DNA from: a virus
Taxonomy: Duplodnaviria; Caudoviricetes
Length of the DNA: 38,058 nucleotides
Strand: one strand, 5' to 3'
Virus record (IMG/VR): IMGVR_UViG_3300047359_000730
Span: 1 to 38,058 of that record
Under the pieces are notes generated by a model. That model saw only the letters and a program-made list of their open reading frames with translations. It had not been told where the DNA came from and searched no databases. The position numbers and the translations under genes are program-made. Position 1 is the first letter of the stretch. Each line of letters starts with the position of its first letter. Below are positions 19,601 through 27,853 of the stretch, piece by piece.

Positions 19601-22600
19601 TTTTATGTAGACAATAGTAGCTTCGTGATCTGTTGGTGTTGGGTTTGTGCTAGGTTGTCCATTTACATCTATTGGTCGTTGCACATCTTGTATTACATCG
19701 CCAACTTTTAAACCATATAGTGTTCCTTCAAAATTAGTATATCCTGCAAAATCAATATCAATGTATCCATCCCATATATCATATACAGTTTGGGCTTTAT
19801 TAGTAATAGCATGTGTAATTTCACTAGCAGACACATCAATTGCATTTTCATAATCGTACATATAAAAGTTATATGTAGGATTTCCTACATCACCGATGCT
19901 GACAAAATTACTACTTACACTGTTTGATAAGTTAGTAGATACTCTTACAATCCATTTATCTGATAAAATTAGGCCATTATCAGGATCGTTATATGATAAT
20001 TGATCAATTATATTAGCTCTTTCTCTAGCTGCATTAACTTCTCCTATACTGTTTACAGTATCTAGGATATTAGAATAGTTAATTCTTGTCTGAGTGCCTA
20101 CATTGTAGTTGTTTGCTTCTAATACATCAAGATACACTAAACCTTTTCCGGTTTCTAACGGAGTGTCAGTAGAAGTGTATGCTGGCGAGTCAATTAACCA
20201 TAAGCCAAATTCTTCAGAAGTTTCACCTAAAGTAACTTCAGTATATGTACCAATTGGTGCAATTAAATCGTTTGCAAAATCATATAGATTTAAAAAATCA
20301 GTAGTTTCAAAAATACCCTTTTCGTCTTTTAAATAAATCATAAGATTAGTTGACGTTGCTTTAACTTTTGCTACAGTTGCAGATCCAAGACTAGATTGTA
20401 CACTATCACCAATATTAACTGTTCTTAAATAATCATTAATTATTATAATTCTAGTAATTTTTTCTTGTATACGATGCCATCCAGAAATAAAGTCTGTAGA
20501 TATACCAAATGCACTTAATGCATCATTCCAAGGTCTATATACTGATGTTAAAGATCCGTTAACATACGATAGTTCATTCCATTTTAATCTTATATAGTCT
20601 CCAGTTGTAGTAGCAATATGTTGAGCAAGTGGAGCTCTTACAAGAAGATGTTCGTTACCGGTTGTAGATCCTAACCCAGGAAATGCTTGAGAAAGTAGAG
20701 TTAATTCTGTACTATCTTGATCTATCCTAGATTCTATATCAATATAATTATCATATGTTTCAAAGGTCTGTGTTGTTCCTTCTTGTACAATATTTCTATT
20801 TGCACGCCATAACGACTCTTTATATTTTACAATATCTCTTTTAGAATATATTACATTTGATGTGTAATCGCCTTTGTATTTTGTTTTAATTTCACTAGCA
20901 CCAGGAATACCTATTGCTAAAAATTCTCCGTCATCACTAACAGATACAGACTTACCGTATTTGGCATTTTCAGTACTAAACGGCAATTCTAAACTTGTAA
21001 AAGTTTGTACAAATTCATGTTTAGTATCTTCTCTATTTCTTGTATAGTAAAATACTTTACCATTACCGCTTTCAGGTGATGACAAAAATAAATCTTTGTT
21101 ATTACTGCTTATATCAAAGTCACTTGCATAGTCTGTAAACTCTACTAAACCAGTACTGTCTTCAGGATCTTCGGGATTAATAATTGACCCTAACACATTA
21201 TACGATGGTGTATTTTCTAATACTGCCCAACGATTTTCTCCTGCGTAATTATCTATCCATACTCGTTGACTTTCAAACTTAGACTCTCTAGCAATAGTAT
21301 TAAATTCTTCAAAGTTACTAGCTCTTACTTTTTTAATTGTATAAATGTCAAAGTTTTCTGAATCAAAGTCAATTATGTCGTTATCTTCAGATACTCTAAT
21401 AAAAATTTGATTATCTATGTAAAGTATTACTTCATAAAAAGAAAATACGTTATAAAGTTGTGCGCCTACAATAGCAACGTAGTCTCCTGATTCTAAATTA
21501 AATCCTTGATTTTCTGTAAGAGTTATAATTGCATAATATTGATTAGTTTCGTCTGGAGTTGCGAATACAGAAAGACCTGCGGAGTTAACTTCAAGATCTA
21601 TAATTTGGTACACATTCCAACTATTTGGATTTTCAAATGTAACCCATATGTATTGTCCGATATTCATTTGATTAATATCAACATCTTCTAGATCAGTTGT
21701 TTCTGCTGTTTTAAAATCAATATCATCTTCATGAACATAACCACCAGATAAAATATATTCTTTATTAGTAGTAGTCGGAAATGTGTTTACACTAAAATCT
21801 TGCGGTTTATCTAAAAGTTCAAAAGGCCTTACTCTGTAAGTTTTGTCAAATGTTTCTTCAGGTAGGTATTCTACAAATTCAATCGATTGCGGAGACTCTC
21901 TTAAATCGTTTTGTGTTATAGGTATTTCTATCTGTTTAATATTGTCTGATGAACCGTACTTTCCTACTTGTAACGCCCATTCTTCGTAAAACTCTAAACC
22001 TTGTCCTCTAATAGATTTAAACAATTTATCAAGAGCATTCATAGTTCCTTTATCTTGGATATAACCTTGATAAAATTTATACTGGCTTACATCATCTTGT
22101 ATAATATTTGACAAGTATTCTCTTTTTTGGTAGCCAATTAAATGCTGTGCCATTTTTTGCTGTTCTAGATCAAAGTTGTCAGTATCAAGATCATAGAAGT
22201 CAGCAAACTGATTAATTTTGTATTCAAAGTTAGCTATTAGTTTTGACTCAGGCTTTTCATTTAATCTTACCCAATTAGTAAATTCAAAATTATATGACCC
22301 TGCTACTTCGTTATCAGCAACATAATAATACTCTTTGTATTTTACAACACTTCCGATATTATAGTCTTGCCATCTTGTCCATTCAGTAACACGATTGTCG
22401 TCGTATATAAATCCAGGTATGTTTAATCCACCTGACCAATTGTCGCTACGATAACCTAAAACTTTTAAGCGTTCTTGTCTATATCCAGTTCTTGGTTGAT
22501 AAATTTTATCATTAAACACTGTTTCGTTATCAATTATTACAACATGTTCTTTTTGTACTAATGGTATTGCTAAATTATAAATTCCACTATCAGTATTTTT

Positions 22601-25600
22601 TGTCTTTAAACTAAAACTAGTGTCGTCTCTTAAAATACTACTAAATTTTTGCTTTAACGGTAATCCTTGTTCTGACAATAACGAATAGTCGTAAAACTCA
22701 TCATATATATCATCTACTACTGCAAAATCTTTCTTAAATTCTAATGTATATGCGCCAGGGCTTAATGAAAGTATTGTGCCAGAAGCCCAACCTTCAGCTG
22801 TCCAAATAACAAATTCTCGAAGTGCATTATTCCAATTTTCTACAGTATTAAATTTATCATTAAAATAGTCAAAAGTAAACCCTGTTGATTTTAAATATTC
22901 TTGATATCCTAATAAGAAATCGCAAACTTCTTGAGTACTTGTAATTTTTGTGCCGTAATTTAAATTAGAAATCTTTGTTTCAAACGTAGATTTAATAACT
23001 ACAGATTTTCCTCCGTTTACCGGTAGCTCGTTTAGTTTAAAATGAACATTAGTATCAAAGACGCTATCACTAGTATAATTAGACGACACTCTATAGTATT
23101 CATTTTTATACTTGACTATTTGTCCTTTTATATATTTTTTATTTTCAGTCCATTCGGCACTCGGTTCTGGATCGCCACCAAATGTAAACTCTCTATCGCC
23201 CTGTCTAGTTAGTGATTTAAAATATTTAAAATTAGGATTATTGAAATTATATCCTTTAATAATATATCCATCGGTTGCTTTTTCTATTATTACGCCACTA
23301 TACACAATTACGTCTATAGGTGAACTAGTATTTAAAAATACATCATAATTTTCTTGAGGGATAAAAATACCCGATGGTTGATCATTTGTAGGTGATTTAC
23401 TATCTAATATAATGCTTAGTTTGTCTTTGTCTGTAAACCCTGCTAATTTAAATCCTAGTTGATTGTTTATATTTGTTAAATCATACTGATAATCATCATA
23501 CAATGCGTATACATTTGATCCGATTAAATTATGCATAAAATTTACAAGTCCACTAGTAAACACACGTGAATTTTCATTCACTGTATTTGGTAATGACAAC
23601 GATGCTAAATTAATTTGTTTTTGAGTACTTAGATATACGTTTTGATTTGCATTATTTTTTACTGTTCTTGACGTATCAAATGCCATAGACATAAAATGTG
23701 CAGGCTTGTTAAGTAGCATTGCTTTTACTAATGCAAAACAATAAGAACTACTTCTACGCCATGCAGTTTCTACTGGAGAATGATCGCCAAATTTAAAAGG
23801 TTTGCCCAAATCTCTAAACACAAGATTTTCAACGTGGCCTGATTCAGCGGGTGACTTTAATTTACCTTGTGTGTCTGCTGGTATAAAATTAAGTAGTCCA
23901 GGTCTAGCATATAAAGGATTTATTTTAGTACCATTAGGATCTTTTATAGTGCCTGTTTCTAAATCTTTCCACAATACTATGTTATCAGATGTATAAGGTG
24001 ATGCACCATATTGTGTTTCCCACCATTCTGGCTTAATACTAAATCCTAGCATTTCCCACGGATGTGTATGCGGACGGTCAGTGTCGTATGCGTTTATGTA
24101 AACGCCTCTCCAAAATCCCTCTACCGATTTTTTATTTTGATTTATAGATGTGCTATAATTGTATGTAAACGTATTATCGACATTATAAAAGTCATTTTTA
24201 GTATAATCGGATATATTAGATCCTTGCATCCATTGAATAAAATCTTTTAACAATATATCATTAACTTTATCTGAATTAATATAACTGTTTCTATAAGATC
24301 CTGATATAAAATTATGTATATTAATTAAAGTTTTAGTATAATCGATCTTAATGTTATTATAGATACGTTTCTCAAAGTCTAATAATAGGTTATCTCTAAA
24401 GTCTTTATATGCTCTAATAAAACTACCGTCATGACCTCTTATTAATGCAATTACAGGGTATTCTTCATAATCGGTATTTGGTGCTACTCCCTTTTTAACT
24501 AAAGATTTTGGTGCATAAAAGTATACTGGTAGTCCATTTAACTTTATTGTCTCTACTTCGCCATTGGCATCAGCAGCTCTTGCTGTGCTTCTGTCAATAT
24601 ATAACGGATGGAACCATCCTTGTGTAGTATGGCTATTTTCTAATTGTCCATAACAGGTATAGGCTAATGTTGTATTAATATCATTATCATTTACAAATGT
24701 ATCATCAATTGTAATCTCTGGGTGATAACGAGGATACATTCCTAATTTTGTAGGAGTTGGTGGAACAAATGCTCCATCAGTATTGTCGTATTCATATACT
24801 TCTAATATATCACCTGTTTGCTGAACAGAATCTAGATTAATAAATCCTTCATCTGTAAAATTATAATCAAGATTATAAATTAGTTGTTTTCCGTTAAGAT
24901 AAACATTAACTGATTTTTCTGATAGATTTGATAAATCAAATTTCTTAGATAATCCGTAAAACTTGTCATCTTTATCAAATATAGTATGTACAATTTTGTT
25001 TGTTGTATTATAACCTAACATGTCTGAGAAATAGAAAGGCTGTGTTTCAGATTTATCTTTATTAATTTCTTGTAAAACTTTATCTAAATGAAGTTTTGTT
25101 TCGCCGTCAAAGCCTAAATTAGTTGCAGTATTAATAATCTCTCTTTTAAACTTATCATATTCTTTTGCATTATATTCTATAGCATTAACAATATTAAATT
25201 TCTTACTAGTCAAGTGGTATAGCGGTAGATTTAACGGACCTGTATGTTTAATAAATCTTTTTCCGAATTTATCAATATCTCCTAGATCTCGCAAATTACT
25301 ATTACCCGGAAACACACCATCAAATTCTTGCAAATCTTCTACCATTGATGAAACTTGATCAGCAACTTCGCCAAACGTAAAGCTTGTAATTTCTTCATTC
25401 AACGGATTTTTTTCTAAATTTAAAGGTATTTCATAAAATCCATTGTCATTTTTATCAGCAGTAGAAGTAGTCTTTATTACAACACTATCATTTTCGTTTA
25501 AGTTGTTAGTAAATATTACTGTTGCTTTAGAATCCTGTCTATAAATTGTATAATCAGTGATTTCTTTTTGTATGTTGTTATTAACAAATACACTTACAAC

Positions 25601-27853
25601 TAAATCATTTAAATCACCAGGTGCATCATAAACGTCAATATCAAAATTATTTGCAGCATTAAGTGTAGCAATATAATGTCTAACTACTTTCTGATGTGTT
25701 TCTATTGGCGTGCTTGACCAGCCATTTGCATATTCAAATTTGTCTAAGGCAGAATATTTTTTAAGGAAAGATGTGTCTGTACTGAGTGTTACAACTGATT
25801 CACCGTCCTCATAACTAAAGGTATCTGTTAGTAGATTAAAATCAAATACAATATCGCCGCTATTTTCTATGTTACGATATGTAAGAGGAAATCCTAATTC
25901 TGAGTCTGCTATGCCTCTACCTTCTTTATATGAGAATATTTTTGTTCCTTGGAATGTACTACTATTAAATAATTCTAGGTCACCGTAATACTTTCCATCA
26001 GCATCATATAGACAGAATAGAGGTTGTTGATTAGTTGTTGTTTTTTGTTGTGTTTTAACCCAATCTGTTCCGTTGTAATAGTAAACAATACCCTTGTTAT
26101 TACTTCCAGATTTTATCAGTACATTTTCATCTAATAAAGGTGCAGCATCTTCCGATTCTATAAGTGTAATTAAAACATCATTATCTATCTTAACTTTTTT
26201 AACTTCAAATACTTTGTCTTTTACTAGTTTGTCTGTGTCTTTTGTGAAGATAATTCTCATACCCTCTACAATATTTACACCATCAATATTATATCCTAAT
26301 TTACCTTCTACCTCACTGAACACATCAGTAGTAAATGTATCGATTAGATCTACATCTTTTTTAATTTCTGTGCCAAATTTAAATAATCTTAGTCCTGGCT
26401 CAAATTCAATAATAGGTCTTTTTGCTTTACCCGACTCATCAATTGCTTCATTAGACTGATTATATTCGTTTGTCTTTTGCAAAACAGTCTTATGAAACCA
26501 TCTGTTTGCTCTTGACCAACTATTTCCGTCAATACTTTGTCTGCCAATTACAATATAATCTTTTGTTGTTGAATAGTTTTCAGCATTGTCAAACGGTAAT
26601 TCATCAAAATCATTCTTATCAAAGTCTAAAGGACGATCTGTAGAATTTGTTTGAATTACATTAAGAGACTCTTGTGGTACTAGCTTAATTGCAGAACCTA
26701 CTCCTTCTACATAATAATTACCTTCAGCATATTTTTCAGGACTAGTTTGTCCTCTAAAATTAACTTTTAATCCGTTTGTAAATTCTATTCCATTAGCACT
26801 AGTGTATTTTCTTGTGCCAACAATATCATCTTCAACATCTAAGAATGTGTTTTCCTCAATATCGTAAATTCTTATTACACCACTTACATTTATATCATTT
26901 TTTGATATATAGTAAAGTCTATCAGGCGAGTTAAACGGAATTGTAAATTCTATCTTACCTTTTTCAAGATAAACGTTTGCAATTTCTTCGCCATTTTCTC
27001 CTAGTTTACGAATACCATCAGGATATAATGTCGAAACACTTTCGTCATCTTCAAACGTTACACTACCTTCATTTGGTAATACTAACCAATCGCCGACATC
27101 ATATGTTGATCCGAATAAATCAGCGCCAAATTTACCATCATCTTTGATACCTTCTGTTGTAGCAACGACAACTGCTTCACCTGGTTTAAAGCTTTTTGTT
27201 AGAGCAAATGCTAACGGATGTCCTTCTGTATCTATTTCAAAAGTATATTTCTGACCTCTATATAATTTTAGTGTAGGATTTCTTTCCAATTTAGTATTAA
27301 ACTGAAACGATGCATCTCCGTCAGCATCATCAACTGTAATAGTATATGTACTTTGAACTTCTCTAGACTGGCCTTGTACAGCAACCGAATTTGGACCATC
27401 AGGTAACCAATAATATTCTCTAAAATTAACAAATTTATCCCAATCAATATTTGGGTTCCACGGATAACTTACTTGTGCATTAATATTATTGTGATTACTA
27501 GTATCTACATTATAATATTTTAATTGGTTTATATAGTCATTATAATCTTTATAAAAAGTTACATTATCTAAACTGTCTTTAATAACAGTTGCTGGTTCTA
27601 ATTGATAGTTTTCTCTATCTTTACTAGCAGGATCGCCGATGTAGTTATCTGTGGCTAAAAAGCTTTTAGCAACTTTGCGTCCAAAGTATCCACTAATTTT
27701 TTCTGCAACTCCGGGTTGTATAAGTTGATCTACAGTGGCTTGTAAAAACTTTTGGTTTGCTTCTGAACGAAAGAATCTAGGTAAAAATCTAGCACTTTGT
27801 CTTTTATCGTCATCTGGAGTAGGTAGTCCAAATTCTCCTTGTATATCAGCCAT
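13682..27853 (-). CDS. Giant multidomain baseplate/virion structural protein (gp7-like position), 4723 aa
   Basis: 14.2-kb uninterrupted ORF coupled (TAATG) to the gp6-like gene. N-terminal FLPRFFR..N.KFL...QL segment, FG-GAP-like blades, CBM5/12-like motifs, 'I.I.NPG.GY..P' repeats and a C-terminal ERI.Y...RRGTLGT motif. Confidence 0.75.
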   Translation of the reverse strand: MADIQGEFGLPTPDDDKRQSARFLPRFFRSEANQKFLQATVDQLIQPGVAEKISGYFGRKVAKSFLATDNYIGDPASKDRENYQLEPATVIKDSLDNVTFYKDYNDYINQLKYYNVDTSNHNNINAQVSYPWNPNIDWDKFVNFREYYWLPDGPNSVAVQGQSREVQSTYTITVDDADGDASFQFNTKLERNPTLKLYRGQKYTFEIDTEGHPLAFALTKSFKPGEAVVVATTEGIKDDGKFGADLFGSTYDVGDWLVLPNEGSVTFEDDESVSTLYPDGIRKLGENGEEIANVYLEKGKIEFTIPFNSPDRLYYISKNDINVSGVIRIYDIEENTFLDVEDDIVGTRKYTSANGIEFTNGLKVNFRGQTSPEKYAEGNYYVEGVGSAIKLVPQESLNVIQTNSTDRPLDFDKNDFDELPFDNAENYSTTKDYIVIGRQSIDGNSWSRANRWFHKTVLQKTNEYNQSNEAIDESGKAKRPIIEFEPGLRLFKFGTEIKKDVDLIDTFTTDVFSEVEGKLGYNIDGVNIVEGMRIIFTKDTDKLVKDKVFEVKKVKIDNDVLITLIESEDAAPLLDENVLIKSGSNNKGIVYYYNGTDWVKTQQKTTTNQQPLFCLYDADGKYYGDLELFNSSTFQGTKIFSYKEGRGIADSELGFPLTYRNIENSGDIVFDFNLLTDTFSYEDGESVVTLSTDTSFLKKYSALDKFEYANGWSSTPIETHQKVVRHYIATLNAANNFDIDVYDAPGDLNDLVVSVFVNNNIQKEITDYTIYRQDSKATVIFTNNLNENDSVVIKTTSTADKNDNGFYEIPLNLEKNPLNEEITSFTFGEVADQVSSMVEDLQEFDGVFPGNSNLRDLGDIDKFGKRFIKHTGPLNLPLYHLTSKKFNIVNAIEYNAKEYDKFKREIINTATNLGFDGETKLHLDKVLQEINKDKSETQPFYFSDMLGYNTTNKIVHTIFDKDDKFYGLSKKFDLSNLSEKSVNVYLNGKQLIYNLDYNFTDEGFINLDSVQQTGDILEVYEYDNTDGAFVPPTPTKLGMYPRYHPEITIDDTFVNDNDINTTLAYTCYGQLENSHTTQGWFHPLYIDRSTARAADANGEVETIKLNGLPVYFYAPKSLVKKGVAPNTDYEEYPVIALIRGHDGSFIRAYKDFRDNLLLDFEKRIYNNIKIDYTKTLINIHNFISGSYRNSYINSDKVNDILLKDFIQWMQGSNISDYTKNDFYNVDNTFTYNYSTSINQNKKSVEGFWRGVYINAYDTDRPHTHPWEMLGFSIKPEWWETQYGASPYTSDNIVLWKDLETGTIKDPNGTKINPLYARPGLLNFIPADTQGKLKSPAESGHVENLVFRDLGKPFKFGDHSPVETAWRRSSSYCFALVKAMLLNKPAHFMSMAFDTSRTVKNNANQNVYLSTQKQINLASLSLPNTVNENSRVFTSGLVNFMHNLIGSNVYALYDDYQYDLTNINNQLGFKLAGFTDKDKLSIILDSKSPTNDQPSGIFIPQENYDVFLNTSSPIDVIVYSGVIIEKATDGYIIKGYNFNNPNFKYFKSLTRQGDREFTFGGDPEPSAEWTENKKYIKGQIVKYKNEYYRVSSNYTSDSVFDTNVHFKLNELPVNGGKSVVIKSTFETKISNLNYGTKITSTQEVCDFLLGYQEYLKSTGFTFDYFNDKFNTVENWNNALREFVIWTAEGWASGTILSLSPGAYTLEFKKDFAVVDDIYDEFYDYSLLSEQGLPLKQKFSSILRDDTSFSLKTKNTDSGIYNLAIPLVQKEHVVIIDNETVFNDKIYQPRTGYRQERLKVLGYRSDNWSGGLNIPGFIYDDNRVTEWTRWQDYNIGSVVKYKEYYYVADNEVAGSYNFEFTNWVRLNEKPESKLIANFEYKINQFADFYDLDTDNFDLEQQKMAQHLIGYQKREYLSNIIQDDVSQYKFYQGYIQDKGTMNALDKLFKSIRGQGLEFYEEWALQVGKYGSSDNIKQIEIPITQNDLRESPQSIEFVEYLPEETFDKTYRVRPFELLDKPQDFSVNTFPTTTNKEYILSGGYVHEDDIDFKTAETTDLEDVDINQMNIGQYIWVTFENPNSWNVYQIIDLEVNSAGLSVFATPDETNQYYAIITLTENQGFNLESGDYVAIVGAQLYNVFSFYEVILYIDNQIFIRVSEDNDIIDFDSENFDIYTIKKVRASNFEEFNTIARESKFESQRVWIDNYAGENRWAVLENTPSYNVLGSIINPEDPEDSTGLVEFTDYASDFDISSNNKDLFLSSPESGNGKVFYYTRNREDTKHEFVQTFTSLELPFSTENAKYGKSVSVSDDGEFLAIGIPGASEIKTKYKGDYTSNVIYSKRDIVKYKESLWRANRNIVQEGTTQTFETYDNYIDIESRIDQDSTELTLLSQAFPGLGSTTGNEHLLVRAPLAQHIATTTGDYIRLKWNELSYVNGSLTSVYRPWNDALSAFGISTDFISGWHRIQEKITRIIIINDYLRTVNIGDSVQSSLGSATVAKVKATSTNLMIYLKDEKGIFETTDFLNLYDFANDLIAPIGTYTEVTLGETSEEFGLWLIDSPAYTSTDTPLETGKGLVYLDVLEANNYNVGTQTRINYSNILDTVNSIGEVNAARERANIIDQLSYNDPDNGLILSDKWIVRVSTNLSNSVSSNFVSIGDVGNPTYNFYMYDYENAIDVSASEITHAITNKAQTVYDIWDGYIDIDFAGYTNFEGTLYGLKVGDVIQDVQRPIDVNGQPSTNPTPTDHEATIVYIKRNVGVDFQKVRVYIKINSGLWDLESNIAQVQIRRLAGTTTDGTIREIDRLVGEINDFNADTVVPSGDAGKFLVFEADNDFAYSQYSEIFDQEYYFYTTLTQTLDSEITASAPSSLNLDWSQIYHIETNEAGDPSSNGVGAVAIYSKSGINNYILNQVLVSEFNFNVLNENFGKKVKILNSSNGYKLCVSSKGLGTEENSGIITFFEHGPIDVTNYRGKYNSNENYIIGETVSSEGRYYRAKTNLDSDNNIDDSNSWEDISWRRTTDENYRGTVAINSEYGKGSVVLYNSGLYKAETNIITSATIGDLSTDASWTAVDNNVEYIGYIPWITSSLITGDSQFDNTDIISFSDDFIVSENANILITKISQTGNSIALVVYVLDNGRYRYQQTIDDTDGNVGFATSFKLNPQGHKLAVSKTLDGIGSVHIYNFVNGQFDVSNPQIITPPSVFTTKKFGYTLSFGEENLAIGSLDARVFIDDSTDFIVNGIFTPEVYDQGVVYYYEEVNDNLIFAEKITYGVIDDNAEQNVKIIGNHLYIGASAQDNNQYQGEFFDYRKTYDTKTWEVTRQISDPVDIKKIKSAFLYNKTRDEIVSYLDFIDPIQGKIAGPAEKNITYKTPYDPASYNVGDSADTVFWSDDHVGKIWWDISKCKFTYPYQKSIQYQKDNWNELQPDASVDVYEWVESVYLPSSWDELSNLPEGSALGISGTTLYGDTQFSKRFVYDNDSQTFGEIYYYWVRNKNSVPKTDTNRTISALDIARLIAIPREQGYRFISFLSSNGISLNNCDSLITNDDIVLNIRYHTQDNRDQNEHDVYQILSDGLKNSTPHPIIETKWFDSLIGFDKLDRAIPDPVLLEKNRYGIQNNPRQSIFKNRTEALKNLVDRVNIVLENNNIVDNVDMQRLNSVDELPTINSRLFDVIFNNETELTSINSKIKTPILKPVITNGKITNVQILDPGRGYKVSPTYTINGIGQDANFEIEINNLGQVIRVNITDNGSNYDDNTTITVRAYSALVTTDNTLSDNSWAIYRYNSTEETWQKTKVQSYSVPKYWQYIDWYADGYNALSKVDHYVKGTYQIEGTDARLGQIIKVENVGTGGWLLLKRKSITDNEDFTQVYDTIGRQNGTIKLLSSLYGVDSSTGFDNRSFDNFSFDKDPRIELRIILETIRDDIFVGNLQNEYNQLFISSLRYILNEQRSVDWFFKTSFVKVKHHASTLEQDITFNVDNLDNYKSYIEEVKPFKTVLREFISNHTKIEETNTSVTDFDLPTYYDDVKEKIVPNSVKVTNGEIVTTDDNITEYPRRNWLDNVGFEITDIKITNEGTEYTTKPAVEVIGGGGDGAVIEAFIGYGNITGLKIVYPGEGYTSMPTIQIAPPPNSEGVQATAYPVLGRSKTRTIRSTIKFDRNWPVLTQSVNTLEYTQSFTGTGTQTTFDLEWPMQLLKGTYEVHVAGNEVLSGLYSVTNLQDMSKGYTRYKGQVILNTPPAIGDTVTVVYNKSLEILNAIDRIKFSYNPNDNMISKDAAQLMDGIDYAGVQIDTLDFGTERGWGNGEWTDFEYDADEELEDLIVELDGSSTSIILPRALELDVSYNIYRIGIDSNDNIFSNIRHDDANFGTDQQSNLNATCQTLVGDGETQVINLNDLGIMTAIREGESYVRVVVRKTSSDGSILPYGATYDTDISGGDLNYLNASGQRPEDIIIDGDNFVTPESAKSVEELVPGQVQDTLDMQVTTKGEDSAVYSYRIFKDITNNTTYKRIDSPTTKLSKELTQYDLQIEVKDATNLPNPDRELNLPGVLWIGKERIEYLVKDENRLRLIRRGTLGTGVRDVHPLSTPVYDQSRTKNITYEDVTQTQTVDSADVSSIASTFELGFIPNSIDEFEIFINGIRLTGKTSKLYNSAIAQDSPEGDEDVAADFTLSYVIENDTPVQAIIDITNSSLLEFATRNIVVTRKKGSMWNVIGESITETETSIGFFLRSGN

